Below, one piece after another: positions 24,801 to 38,669 of a DNA stretch of 64,000 bases (within the stretch, counting starts at the first letter, position 1; every line of letters begins with the position of its first letter). Under the pieces are notes generated by a model that saw only the letters and a list, made by a program, of their open reading frames with translations, had not been told where the DNA came from and did no database searches. Both the position numbers and the translations under genes were made by a program. This DNA is from Octopus sinensis (Eukaryota). The stretch is from contig NC_043001.1 of NCBI RefSeq assembly GCF_006345805.1, forward strand, positions 69,626,001 through 69,690,000, in the 5' to 3' direction.

Positions 24801-26815
24801 TCTTTCCTCAAACTGAGAATATCAGTAATGCTACGTCATTGAGGATTCTATTTCAGCAACTTACACCTGTTGTAAAATGCCTTTTCTATATCTATTTATG
24901 AATCTAATCTTCGAAAGAACACTCTTTACATAAGAAAATAGTTAGATACAACATAATTATCTTATAAATATTCCATCTTACTAGTAGGAATGTATGTGCA
25001 TGTATACATAAATTTGAAGTGTGCAAGTTCCTCAGTTTACAATGCTGAACATGTGGTTTTCGAGGACGGAGTATTAATATTGATTGTGTTGGTGGTAGCG
25101 TTTCTGATAGTCGTGGTCGTCGTGGATTTGTGTCGCTCGATTATGAGGATTCCATTACTCAACCACCTGAATGAAGTTCTCTTGAAGTTGAGTATTCTAC
25201 AGACACTTCACCCTTAACGTAATTATCAGGGAACATATGACAAGGCTGCATCTTTTGATTTCCAGATACCATCAACTCGACACATTTCCATTTAGTTTCC
25301 GGCAACCGAATTTTATTCACAGTGTATGGGCCGACACTTAGCTAAGGAATACAACAAGGTCTGTTCTACTTGCTCCGCAGTGGAATTGCATTCGAAAGCT
25401 AGTTTGCCAAATTAACATCTTAATCATCCGGCCATACAACGACTAGTCCAAGTATAACAATATTAATATAAAAAGCAACTTCATTTTTGTTCTTGTTTTT
25501 TTTTTTTTTACTTTTGATAATAAACCTTATACGCAATATTTCTTATAACACAAGTTATCGACAACACATTTCATGGTGTATTGTTATTAAATGTTTCCAT
25601 GTCGATCCCAGCAGCGAAAGTGTACGTACAGAACAGCGTTCAGAATTTTAAGCGGATATTGTAAATATTCGTACATTTGTTTCTCAGTATTAGCATTGCA
25701 GACATCCTCAACTCGTCACTTCTAAAGCCTATTTACATTGCACGTGGATTACACAGAGGATTAGTATGTCGCAGCTGTACATTTTTCATCATGATTTCCA
25801 CCCATAAAGAATTCTTTGTTATTTCAACCTTAATCACTGGGAATATTAACCTCGTTAAACAAGGACCAACTGAATATATGTTGACAAGTAGTATCTGTGC
25901 ATATTCAGTTTTCCAATCAATAAATTCGCACATAAGAAGATTAACAGGACGGTCTTTCTTTTATATTCTGACTCAAATTCTTTCTCCTGCATTTCTCATA
26001 CCACCTCTCTATGCCTATGCCTTATCACACAGCCACAAATTGATAAATAACTCATCTCATATTTCTATGAAGTGCCCAAGTGGGAGTTCAATGCACTGAA
26101 CTTTTCTTTACCAATGTGGAAGACACTAGTGCTTCTTCTTATTTTGTATGATGTGGCTGCTAAATCACCATCACCTCACTTCGTTACGTCATAAGGAAAA
26201 TGCATGCAACTGTGATACAAGTTTATATGGATTACAGTTTTTCTCGCTTAGAGCAAACAAGAGCTAAATAACTACAACACATCGCGTTGGCATCACATCT
26301 GTCCTCACCACTCCGCCATGACAAAGGTGAAGATAGAATTGTGTCCTACCATGGATCACCGCATTAGTTATTCCACAATTCTATGTCACAAACATCCTTC
26401 AATATTTCCACAACTCTAAACATAGCATCCGCACAACCATCAAGAAATATTCTCCTGTCACACATATTCTCCTGTTCAGCATATTCTACATCACCACATT
26501 ATATGCCATTTGTAAAGGTATGATATAAAAATAAATGCGTGCGCGTGCACACACTCACACATGTTGCTATTATATTGTTTCATGCATACTTAACATCCTG
26601 CATATTTATTTGAACAAATTTTAAATCACGATTCAAACACTATTCAAGCCAGGTACCTATATGATGTGCCACTCAGGTAATCGCCTGGAATTTACTTATC
26701 TGTTCAGTTCTATAAGATATCCAACAAAGTTATCAAAGAAGCCTACGAAACCGCAAGTTATATGGAACCGAAGAAAACTGATATTAAATACTACTAGTAT
26801 ATGTACTCCATATGA

Positions 26816-27025
26816 TGGCGAGCAGGGAGAGTCCTTAGCACACCGGGCAAAATGTTTAGAGTATTTCATCCTTTACTTTCTGTGTTCAAACGCGACCGGG
26901 GCTGACTTTGCCTTTCATCCCTTCTGTTTTGATAAAATATGTACCTGTTGAGAAATGTAGTCGATGTTATCAACTCCTTCCCCATACCTCGAAATCGATG
27001 GGTTTGTGCCAACATTTGAAGCCTT
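26816..27025 (+). mobile_element. Degenerate SINE of the 37317 family
   Basis: gatggcgagcagggagagtccttagcacaccgggcaaaatg...gactttgcctttcatccc. Confidence 0.7.
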
Positions 27026-27221
27026 ATTATATATGATCTAGTGGTGCATTCCCTAACGCGATACCGTTCTTACAATTCGTAGACTGGGTGTCGCGTTGTG
27101 TTCTTGAGGAAAAAAAACTTCATCTCGTGTTGCTCTACGAACTCTTCGACATTTGATGTGTGGTATACGCACACACACACACACACACAAACACAAACAC
27201 ACACACACATGTATATATACA

Positions 27222-27444
27222 TGTAATGTTCATTGCCACTTCAGTGTGGCTGTTGCATACGGAGACAATGTTACTGCATTTTAACCTCAAGAAAACATCT
27301 TTTCTAGCTGATTAATGACACACAGCCTGTATCAGAAACAAGTTGTGAGTCGTTAACTTGCTGGAAAAGATGTTTCCTAGGTTTAAAGTATAGTAACATA
27401 GTTCCGTGTAGAACAGCCAATTTGAAATTGCAATAAACATTACG
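27222..27444. mobile_element. Fold-back / MITE-like element with about 95-bp imperfect arms
   Basis: gtaatgttcattgc...aaacatcttttctagc versus gctggaaaagatgttt...gcaataaacattac. Confidence 0.75.
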
Positions 27445-27503
27445 TTTTAGTATCGTTATTATTTGTATCTCTTTTAGAGATTTTAGAACTAGCTACTTTG
27501 TTT

Positions 27504-27554
<51 letters not shown>

Positions 27555-27969
27555 TGTGTGTGTGTGTATAGTTATGGTATAATCTATTAAGAACGTAGTA
27601 GAGTACAGTATCAAGTTCGCCCACCTTCAGATTTCGACCTGTGCTATCCAGTAGTAGTATTATGCGTATTTGCAGGTTTGCTTTTGGGCATCTGTCGCGA
27701 GTGAATTGGTAATTCAAATAATTTGGAGTCAACAACGAGTACAGTTGGACATTTATTTTCAATCACTACAATTGTTTCTATGCAACGTAGTTCGCAAGAT
27801 ACTTGATTATGCAACCGTTTCCCCGCATTATTAGATCTGGTTGTGTTTCCTCAGGAGATATGTAAATGTCATATCCGTAAGCTCAAATTCTCGGCTTCAA
27901 GAGCATCCTTTCTGCCTGCCGTTGCCATACAACCGTACTCCTTGTTGACTCGAAATTTCTTCAATTCTC

Positions 27970-28000
<31 letters not shown>

Positions 28001-28189
28001 ACACACACAAACACAGAACGCACACACAAATATACATATTTATATGTAGACGCAGACAAGTGTATACATAAACAAATAGATAAGGTGAGTAATTGTGTTA
28101 TAATTGGTCATCCATTAAGTTCCAAATCCACAGCTGGGTCTAGAGCTAGGGATCCGTATTACGCTTCTGAGGTAATAGATATATATTAC

Positions 28190-28955
28190 ATTACAGGAAA
28201 AAAGACAACAAAAAAACAAGGCAAGACATGTATCTTAAGTCATTTAGAATATTTAATTAGGGTTGAAGTCTTAGAGCTGATTCTGGGATATCTCAAGTGA
28301 TAGGCTAGCATGTCCGTACACTGGGTTTTCCGTCATCAGAGATAAGGTGAGTATGTATAAATGACAGGGAAATTCACAGTCTATAACGAATAAAATATTA
28401 AGATAATAGATAGAAAAATAAAGAGTAAAGCAGTAGATAGAAGAATACAGTCAAGAGAATAAAATTCACAGCTCATCTTTTTCCAGGGTGTATGGAGTTT
28501 AGTCCATACTTTCGTGAAGGTATAATGCCAGGTAAATCCAGGCCCTTAGGTGTAATCCCAGGTAGTGTTTTGAATAGAATAGAATTAAGTCGTTAGCTAA
28601 TATGAAAATGGTTCATGTAGGTATCTAAAGTGAGAACAGATATCATGATAGACAGATATAGGTTGTGAGTGAGTGAATAAAAGAGAGAGGAGAAAGAGAG
28701 ATAATAAACGAATGGGATAAGTGTGGGAAAGAATGAATGAGACGAAAGTAAGTAAAATTTAAAAAATAAAAATAAAGAGGAGATGCTAGTATTATTCTAC
28801 GCAAGGCTCGGTTAGGGGTAATGTTAATGTTTGTTAAAGTGGTGGAGGAAGACATTTATGCCTATTAATTAAATAGATGAATTCTAGGTTCGGTGTGCTC
28901 CAAAAGAGAATTTATTTCAGTAGTCAGTAGGGATAGCTTAAGGTATAGTTAAAAG
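28190..28955 (-). mobile_element. Penelope-like 3' region / pLTR copy with degenerate hammerhead (28268-28343)
   Basis: Reverse complement aligns by eye with 34225-35448 once the inserted SINE is removed; atct-CTGATGA...GAAT-CAGCTC-TA-agac. Confidence 0.75.
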
Positions 28956-28980
28956 CAATAGTAATAATATTAATAGTGAC

Positions 28981-29048
<68 letters not shown>

Positions 29049-30832
29049 CAGAGATTACGCCGGGGACGTTAAACATGTGAGAGCGATAAAACAGCGCTCC
29101 GAAATCTATCCACAAACATCGAATACAAAGACATCATATGGAGCCAAAAATTTACTGACAAAGGATTGGACTATATCCGAGTAAGTAATACCCATTGAAA
29201 TTTATTACTATTTTCGAAACGAAATGATGTATCTTAACTCGATATCATCTCCACCTCGAACAGAACACATGTAAACATGCGCGTAACAATACGACCCATC
29301 AACACCAGATCACCTCCGACCCCAAACACAATGTACAAAAAGACTACGAAGAAATTAAATAACACCGATATTATTCAACCCAAGAATAGCAATCGGGAAG
29401 TACGTACGTTAAACCTACAACATAAAATGTACGAAAACCTACACGTGCAAAACAATGTGACAACAGAAATGAACGGACTGGTACCCTACGAAAGTGACGA
29501 CCGTCAAAATAATGGGCCGGACGTTGTTCCTCATGTCCCGCAAATAAAACACAAAAGACATAAATAGACACGTGAGGAATACATTTCTATCCTACATGCC
29601 TATTTTACAGCAGTGCTCTACCCAAAGAATGAAAACACAACAACACATACATATAAGATATGGAAGGAAAACCACATAAATACAGACTTGGATACAGCAA
29701 TGAACCCTAACAAACTAGCTAACGTACGAAGATACATTCTCAACGCAAAAAAATATCAGAAAATTATCAGAAATAGAAATAAAACATCTAAAAGAAAAAA
29801 TACATCAGGAAAATGTAGATACAAGCCACACAACAATGCCCAATAATATAAACAGTAAAACACGAAGACAAACGTAACATTCCCAACAAACACGATGTAA
29901 ACAAAAAACAAGAAACCCAGACCGTAGGATGCATAATAATACACGACAAACAGCAAGTCAAAACACGACAAACAAACATACAAATAAGAAAGAAAACGGC
30001 ACAAATCTAAAACCTGGAAACAATGAAGGGGAGCCTAATGAATATGATAATATAAAAAGTGGAATAATCAAAGAACTGAAAACCACAGTGCTCAAAATGG
30101 ACCACCGACCATACCTCCCAAAAATCAAAATAGACGAAACAACAACACCAATTATAAACAGCATAAACCTAGCCGTCACGGAACTAATAGCCACTGAAAC
30201 AAAAAGCGATATCACTGAGCTAAATAACTTAGTATACGCAGCAGCCACTGCAGCCACAAGAGAAGCTGGATACTCACTCAAACCGGTCCAAACAGGAGTA
30301 CCACCACCCAAACAAACCCCGTGGATAAATAACATCCAAAACAAAATACAAAAAATAAGAAAATATCTGTCGATTCTTAATGAAATCAGTAGACAATCAA
30401 CGCTACTGAGCAACAAAAAGAAAACAAAAATACTCCGCAAATACAACATCACACAAAAAGATTTACCTCAGATAAAAGAAAAGCTAAAGCAAGATATGCT
30501 TGCCAATGCACAAAGGATCCGCCGGTAAGAGAAACGCAAGCGTTTCTTTGAACAAATCAAAAAGTTCACCTCCAACCCCAAAAAGTTCTACCAAGAAATT
30601 GGCAAAAATAAAATAGAAATCACTGCAGCACCAACGGCAGAAGAAGTGGAAGAATTCCGGAGAGAAATATGGTCGGCGAACGAACAACCAAAAAAAAAAA
30701 AGGAGTATTAAAACAACAAACTCAGCATCTGAGCAAATTTGGACCCCCATAACAAATGAAGAGGTCACCCAGGCACTACAAAGACTAAGCAACTGGAAGG
30801 CACCTGGGCATGACAAGATCCCCAACTTCTGG

Positions 30833-31789
30833 TTGAACTATCTAACAGGAATGCACAAAAAGCTGGCTGAAAATTTTAACAACATACTAGCAGAGCCAGA
30901 GACAATGCCTGAACGGCTCACGAAGGAGAAAACCATCTTAATTCCCAAATCAAATGAGACAGCAAAACCAGAAAACTACAGACTAATAACCTGTCTCCCT
31001 ACGATGTACAAGGCATTTACTGCAGTGATATCGCAAAGATTGAACAAGCACCTAGACGAAAACAACCTGTTTCCAGAAGAGCAGAAAGGATGCCGCAAAG
31101 GCTCATACGGCTGTAAAGATCAACTAATGATCAATAAAGCCATAACTGAAGACAGCCACAGAAAGAAGAAAGGCCTCAGTATGGCCTGGATCGACTACAA
31201 AAAGGCGTTTGATAGCATCCCCCACACATGGATCCTCGAAACACTAACCATTAACAAAGGAGCACCAACAATTATAAAATTCATTGGGCACTCAATGAAT
31301 AAATGGCAAACAGTGCTACAGTTCCAAACGAAAGAGGGACTCATGAAAACCAAAGCCATCCCCATTAGAAGAGGAATATTCCAGGGAGACACGCTCTCTC
31401 CACTCCTTTTCTGCTTGGCACTGTCACCTCTATCTGATATGCTAAATAGAACTGGATGCGGATATAAATGTTACGGCAAAACAATCAGCCACCTTTTATA
31501 TATGGATGACCTAAAACTATACGCTGCAAATGACAAACAGCTGGAAACACTATTAAAGACAGTTCATGGATTTACCAAAGAAATATATATGAAATTTGGA
31601 TTAGAAAAATGCGCCAAAGTAACACTGAAAAGAGGAAAACTAGTTAAGAGTAGCAACATCACACTAGATAAAACCAATGAAATAAAAGAATTAGACCAAA
31701 GTCAAACTTACAGATACTTAGGAATCCATGAACTAGATAAGACACAACACACACAAATGAAAGAGAAAAATAAAAAAAGAATATTATAG
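30833..31789 (+). pseudogene. Reverse transcriptase segment of the family A element
   Basis: 318-aa ORF with YMDD and flanking RT motifs; frameshifted at both ends. Confidence 0.9.
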
Positions 31790-32198
31790 ACGAGTTAGAT
31801 CAATACTAAAAACAGAGCTCAATGCTAAAAACAAGATAATATGTATTAACACTTTAGCTGCCCCAGTTATAAGCTACAGCTACAATATCCTTTACTGGAC
31901 ACTAAATGAACTGACCAAAATAGATAGGAAAACAAGAAAAATAATGACAGGATCTAGGATGCATCACCCAAAATCTGACAGAGAAAGACTATATATACAA
32001 CGTATAGAAGGTGGTAGAGGCCTTATACAGCTTGAAAACTACTATAAAATAACCACCATAGGACTGCAAAAATATCTACTTCAGAAGGAAGGAAAATTGA
32101 TACAAATAGCGGCAAAACGCGAGCAAAACAAAAAACTGTTCTCAGTATTAAAGGTGGCTGACAAATACAAACAAGAAATCATACCACCTAACAAATAT

Positions 32199-32301
32199 GA
32201 AGAAGAAGAAGAAGACGAAGAAGAAGAAGAAGAAGAAGAAGAAGAAAAGAAGAAGAAGAAAAGAAGAAGAAGAAGAAGAAGAAGAGAAGAAGAAGAAGAA
32301 T

Positions 32302-32332
<31 letters not shown>

Positions 32333-32350
32333 AGATGATGATGATGAAGA
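32199..32350 (+). repeat. (GAA)n expansion inside the LINE ORF linker
   Basis: About 150 bp of GAA/GAT repeats, whereas the sister copy has only about 25 bp at 42218-42241. Confidence 0.95.
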
Positions 32351-33294
32351 AACAACAAAAGCTATAAAACAAATGAAATCCAAACTAAGACTAGAACAGC
32401 AAAGAACCATGATAAAACGATGGCAAGAAAACCCCCTTCATGGTAAATACTGGACTAAACTAAATGCAAAAGAAATAGAGAAAGAAAAATCCCAGCAATG
32501 GTTGAGAAGCTCAGGACTCAAAGCAGAGACAGAGGGAATTTTAATTGCAGCACAAGTCCAAAGCCTCCCCACCAGGAATTACCAAAAACATGTAATGAAA
32601 GAAATATAACAAGTAACTGCAGAATATGTGGAGATGGACAAGAAACAATAAATCATATTATCTCTGGCTGCCCAGTCCTGGCTAAGAAGTTATATATTCA
32701 CAGACATGACAGAGTTGGAACCTACATACACTGGAAGCTATGCCAACATTATGGAATAACAACAGAAGAAAGATGGTATAGGCACACACCAGAAAAGGTC
32801 ACAGAAAACGAGAAAGCAACCATACTCTGGGATATGCCCATACACACAGATAGCGAAATTAAGGCCAACATACCAGATATAGTTTTCAGAGATCACGAAG
32901 AAAAAACATGCTTTCTAATTGATGTATCAATACCGGCAGAAGACAACGTGTCTCTAAAAGAAATGGAGAAACTTTCATAATACAAAGACCTGGAAATAGA
33001 GGTAACCAGAATGTGGAATCTAAAACAGAAACAATTCCTATCATATTAGGTGCATTAGGCATGATAAAAAATATTCAGACAAATACATAACAAAAACACC
33101 AGGACTTACAAACACATATAACATACAGAAAATTGCACTTCTAGGCACTGCACACATCCTAGGCAGAACACTTTCCATACAATAACCATCAGAGCATCAC
33201 AACAAATCACAGCACATACCCAAGGCGCACAGAGCTGCGCGCGGTAGTGAAGTGAAAGCACGATATATAAAATATAATACTGAATGATAATAAT

Positions 33295-33374
<80 letters not shown>

Positions 33375-33391
33375 TAATAATAATAATAATA

Positions 33392-33424
<33 letters not shown>

Positions 33425-33449
33425 TGATGATGATGATGTTAATAATAAT

Positions 33450-34610
33450 CCCCTATTGTAACACTAAACTTTAACTTGTCCACAAATAGTTCAGCACCAT
33501 CCCTTTCCACGACTAACCTACTTAAGACAGATATCTGTAACTGCCAATCTGGGACCGACTCCCCGCTGCAAACAAATTGCTGAAGGTTAAACGTGGTATA
33601 TAAATGCATTATCCACAACATATTACAGAATTCTACGAGTTATTATATTGGTTCTATTATTAATTTTTAACAGAGATATTCTGCAGATCTAAACTCATTT
33701 GAATATGAGAAGCATAGCAAATCCAACCCCTTAGCCTACCGCATACATCATTTGATAAATAAGAAAATACGATAGAAAGTATCCTGGGCGATAATAGATT
33801 CTGGAGGTCCATACCAAGGCCAGCGCTCCATGAGTGGGCTCTGCCTGAAAGAAGCCCTTCAAATATTTATTCATAACTCACCACAATTGCTCAATAATCA
33901 ACACGAAGCGACTCTATGTGTAAGCATTGACGCTATCGCACCTTTAGATTCCTCCATAGGCTCAAATGCAGGCAAAATCAACAAACAGAACACTTGCCTA
34001 TATGCCTTCACGGTCGTTACAATATACGTACGATTTATTTTCTTTTCTTCTTTATAAACATAAGTATCTTATAAACTAGCTAGCTGCAATAATCGTTTTG
34101 AGTTTTTAAATTTTCAATTTTCTCATTTTTAGCGGATAACCTTTAAAACATTTTTAATAGTTAGTCTTTAATTTTTATCCTCTATCAGTTTAATTGTATA
34201 TTATCCTATATATCCTCTCTTAAGCTAGGCTCTATCTTAAGCTATCCCGACAGACTACTGAACTAAATTCTCTTTCTGACCACACCGAACCTAGAATTTA
34301 TCTAGAATTCAATCAGTAGACATAAATCCCTCCTCTTCCACTTTAGCAAAACTTTAACGTCTGACCTCTCACCCCTAACCGACCCTTACATAGAATAATA
34401 CTGGCATCTTTACTCTTTTACTTGTTTCAGTCATTTGACTGCGGCCATGCTGGAGCACTGCCTTTAGTCGAGCAAATCGACCCAAGGACTTATTCTTTGT
34501 AAGCCCAGTACTTATTCTATCAGTCTCTTTTGCCGAACCGCAAAGTGAAGGGGACGTAAACACACCAGCATCGGTTGTCAAGCAATGCTAGGGGGACAAA
34601 CACACACACA

Positions 34611-34656
<46 letters not shown>

Positions 34657-35448
34657 TATATATATATACATATATACGACAGGCTTCTTTCAGGTTCTGT
34701 CTACCAAATCCACTCACAAGGCATTGGTCGGCCCGGGGCTATAGCAGAAGACACTTGCCCAAGATGCCACGCAGTGGGACTGAACCCAGAACCATGTGGT
34801 TGGTTAGCAAGCTACTTACCACACAGCCACTCCTGCGCCTATCTTTATTTTTTAAATTCCTTTTAAAAATTTATTTACGCTCTCATTCATTCTTTCCCCA
34901 CAACTATCCCATTCCTTTCTTTTCTTTCTGTCTGCTCGCCTATTTACTCTCTCACAACCCATATCTGTCTATCATCATGTCTGACTTTCTCACTCTACAT
35001 CTCATGGACCATTTCCGTACTAGCTACCAACTTAATTCTATACCTCCAACATGAAAGCAACATTGAAAACATTGCCTGGATTTGCCTGGGACTATACCTA
35101 AGGGCCTTTAACTTCACGGAAGTACGGACCAACCTCCTTGCCCTCTGGAAGACGATGAGCTGTGGACTTTATTCTCCTGTCTGTATTCTTCTATCTGCTT
35201 CCTCTTTATTCTTCTCCCTACTATTTTATTCATTATTTTATTCCTTATAGACTGTGAATTTCCCTGTCTGAAAATTTCATTCATAAATACTCACCCTATC
35301 TCTGATGACGCAAAACCCAGTGTACGGACATGCTAGCCTATCATTTGGGATATTCCAGAAACAGATCTAAGACATCAACTTAGTCTAAGCATTCTAAATG
35401 ACTTGAGAGAGCTGTCTTGCCTTGGTTTTGTTGTCCTTTTCCCTCTAA
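33450..35448 (+). mobile_element. 5'-truncated Penelope-like element: GIY-YIG remnant, 3' region and hammerhead motif
   Basis: One frame from 33536: CNCQSGTDSPLQTNC*RLNVVYKC...YYIGSIINF*QRY...NSF...VSWAII...PY...GLCLKEALQI...LLN. Downstream tct-CTGATGA...GAAA-CAGATC-TA-aga at 35299-35372; ends at (TA)n. Confidence 0.82.
34410..34840 (-). mobile_element. Young tRNA-derived SINE with internal (TG)n/(TA)n, inserted in the Penelope-like element
   Basis: Head aggcgcaggagtggctgtgtggtaag...gggttcagtccc; tail gaaacaagtaaaagagtaaaaga; absent from the homologous copy at 28190-28955. Confidence 0.9.
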
Positions 35449-35534
35449 TATATATATATATATATGTTAAAGAAAATGTGAGAACAAAGATAAGGCAGCG
35501 TGAAATTTCTAGGGCATTTATAAAGAGAAAGGTA

Positions 35535-35582
35535 GTTTTATAGCTCTTTCAGGGATGTGAGGGATATCCCTTCATCAAAGAC
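35535..35582 (-). ncRNA. Degenerate hammerhead motif
   Basis: Minus strand: gtct-TTGATGA-agggat...atccct-GAAA-GAGCTA-TA-aaac; flank catttataaagagaa is shared with 871-885. Confidence 0.55.
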
Positions 35583-35763
35583 AATATGAGAGAGTTAAAT
35601 TGAGGAAAATAGTAGAGTTCAATATAAGAAGGTATTTTGGAAAGGGAGAGATATAGGAAGTATAAAGAGAAGTACGCACTGCATTAGACTCCTTACTCAC
35701 AGTATTATCGAAACGGGAGACTAACTACGGTCCTTCTGTAGCACTTATATCGCTCTACCTGTC

Positions 35764-36045
35764 AAGGCGCAGATTGACTACGTGGTAAGAAGCTTGCTAC
35801 TCAACCGCATGTTTTCCGGTACAGTCGCGCTGCGTGGCACCTTCGGGCCAGGTATTTGTGTGTCTGTGTTTGTTCCCTCATCATCTCTTGACAACTGATG
35901 TTGGGGAGTTTATGTCCCCGTAACTTTGCAGTTTTGCCAAAGGCACCCATAGAATAAGTAAGAAAAAGTACTGTTGTTGATTTATTCGACTTTCAAAACC
36001 TCCAGTATGGGCGCAGCCCAGTGAATGACACAAGTAAAATAAAAA
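35764..36045 (+). mobile_element. Degenerate SINE of the 34410 family
   Basis: aaggcgcag...gtggtaagaagcttgct...gaataagta...gacacaagtaaaa. Confidence 0.75.
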
Positions 36046-36766
36046 AGTTTATATGCATACATACATACACACATACACACACACACACACACACACAAAT
36101 ATATATACACATACATACACTCAAACAGACACACGCACACACACATGTATATGTGTGTGTGAATACACTTATATACGTATGGCAACACGTACGCTACCAG
36201 TGATCTCTATTTCTGTAATATAACAGTTGTTAAATAATATATGCTATATGAGCTTTTAAGGATCTTGGCACAGGAACGCGGATTCGATATCAAAGATTTC
36301 ATCACATACACACAGTATACAGTATGTACTGATTTGAAATCACTATTTAACAAACAAACAGAACTATTATGGCTTACACAGCAACAATTAAACATTAGAT
36401 GATAACAAATATACAATTCTTGAGTGTGAAGATGACTACATTAAAGGTTTATCTCTACTACCATAATTACAAATAATTATATACCATCCGACACTTAATA
36501 GACAATCGTCAGCTTCCAATACAGTCTTAAACTAATAATTACTGCCTCAGAATAGATATAAATCACATTTATCACGCTGTCCACAATGCTTTACCAAAAT
36601 GTCATTTCTTACCATTCCAATGTTAATCGAATTCTCTTATCGAAAAATTGTGCTGATAAAGCAAAAGGTATTTTATTTCCAATAACAATTTGTTTAATGG
36701 TACATATACACAAACGTACACACACACGCACGCGCACATATATGGATAATTTATATTTATATATAT

Positions 36767-36820
<54 letters not shown>

Positions 36821-37316
36821 TATGTGTATGTATTTAACATGTGTGTATATTAATGTGTATGTGTGTTTGTCTGCTTGCCTGTGTGTATGCATATATGCTT
36901 ATGTGTATGCCAGTTGGCAGAATCAAAGTTGAGGATAGAACGTCATCTGGATTTTGGGCTAATGCGCTCCGGTTTCAATTCCATGTTACATGAACTTTAT
37001 TTTTAATGGGTTTCGTGTTGATAGCAATAGTATTATTTCCAGTTTGGAATTGCTTATTCTTCCCTCATAATTTCTTATTCCCATTCTTTTTCCGTTTCTT
37101 TCTCCCATCCACTTTTTTCGTCTACCTTCCTCTCGTTTTTCTTGTGATTTCTTTTGTCTCATTGTCCTTATTTGTAACATGGGTAGCCCTTATACCTAGA
37201 GCCAGACAGTTGGTTGGTTAAGCTAGTGTGAGCGTTTGGCCAATCAGATTCGCAAGGAGCCATGACAGCTACGATTTGTGGGTTCGATTCAGCCTGAGTT
37301 TAGCTCATTATTAAAA

Positions 37317-37542
37317 AGGCGGCGAGCTGGCAGAAACGGTAGCACGCCGGGCGAAATGCTTAGCGGTAGTTCGTCTGCCGCTACGTTCTGAGTTCAAATT
37401 CCGTCGAGGTCAACTTTGCCTTTCATCCTTTCGGGGTCGATTAAATAAGTACCAGTTACGCACTGGGGTCAATATAATCGACTTAATCCGTTTGTCTCTC
37501 CTTGTTTGTCCTGTTTAGCCCCTTGTGGGTAGTAAAGAAACA
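37317..37542 (+). mobile_element. Well-preserved SINE with tRNA-like head and conserved central domain
   Basis: aggcggcgagctggcagaa...gagttcaaattcc (B box)...actttgcctttcatcctttcggggtcgattaaataagtaccag. gttggttggttaagcta is duplicated at about 37209 and 37544; a partial copy follows at 37615-37745. Confidence 0.88.
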
Positions 37543-38066
37543 GGTTGGTTGGTTAAGCTATACGCACGCACACACAAACACACAAACACACATATAAACA
37601 GGCACACACACACAAACTCTACGTTCTCAGTTCAAATTCAGCCGAGGTCGACTTTGCCTTTTATCCTTTCGGTGTCGATAAATTAGGTACTAGTTCCGTC
37701 ACACCCCAAATTTCAGGACTTGTGCATATAATAGAAAAGCATATTGTGACAGTTGCAGAATATAGAAAGAAGTGTAAAACTGATAACTATATAATCCAAC
37801 CAAAATACTTTAGTTACGCAAACGTAAACAGAATTACTATTTACCCTTAAAATATATCATACGTATTCAAAGAAACCTTGGTTTAGTGGTATGGAACGTT
37901 TTTCTCGTTTACTTTTATTCTTTCACTTCTTTCAGTCGTTTATCGGTGTACATGCTTGAGCACCACCCAGGTGCTTATTTTATCTGTCTCTTTTCTGAAC
38001 AGCTATGTCACAGGAACGCAAATACACACACGCATAAGTATATATTTACACACACACACACACACA

Positions 38067-38155
<89 letters not shown>

Positions 38156-38669
38156 TATATGATGGGCTGGGCTTGGAGGTAATGGTGATGCTGGCTGGTG
38201 CGATTTTGTAGTTTGCTGGTATGCCGAGAAAGATCAAGCTCTCTTTCTCATATTTTCTAAGTACAGCTGCTATTGCTCTTGACGCATGCCTTCTCGATTC
38301 TGTTGATCTCTATCTCTCGTATTTAAAAAAAAAGTACTTCTCTTTCGTCCTGGCTCATTTTTTCTGCCCTTTACTGATTTCTTTCCCGCTTATGCTGTAG
38401 GATATTTTCCCTCTCCCTATTTCCTTTCTTCTCTGTCTCATCCTCGATTTTGATTCCTTATATCCAGCCGCTGTTCCTCGCACAACCGTTCTCTCCTACG
38501 CTGGTGCTCCAGATTGATTCAGAGTGTTTCAGTTGAAAAACATATATGAATGTATTAGACAAATTTTGTATAAAGGTGAAAGTTTTTTTCTGAAATACTC
38601 ACCTAATATGCAAGGACGCAGTATATAAGATATTGTAATAGGTTGTATTGTAGGAAAGTAAAAAGTAAA

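Larger units (their letters stand above)
29050..33285 (+). mobile_element. Near-full-length, disrupted R4/Dong-clade non-LTR retrotransposon (family A)
   Basis: RT motifs WIDYKKAFDS, GIFQGDTLSPLLF and LLYMDDLKL; CCHC knuckle CRICGDGQETINHIISGC; RHD; restriction-like endonuclease PDIV...IDVSIP. The single ORF is broken by stops and frameshifts; (TAA)n on both sides. Confidence 0.95.

Noticed and set aside
14830-25230. Candidate exons near 14830-14965 (-) and 25030-25200 (-)
   Set aside because: Only weak splice-like words and short uninformative peptides.
25570-26460. Possible ancient LINE fragment
   Set aside because: Composition differs from the flanks but no diagnostic RT or endonuclease motif could be read.
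33581-33583. In-frame TGA in the GIY-YIG remnant as a selenocysteine codon
   Set aside because: It follows an intact Cys instead of replacing one, and the same frame also has TAA and TAG, so ordinary decay is simpler.
38160-38520. Arg/Glu/Gln-rich minus-strand remnant, possibly Helitron N-terminal repeats
   Set aside because: Too degenerate to assign; no Rep or helicase motif.
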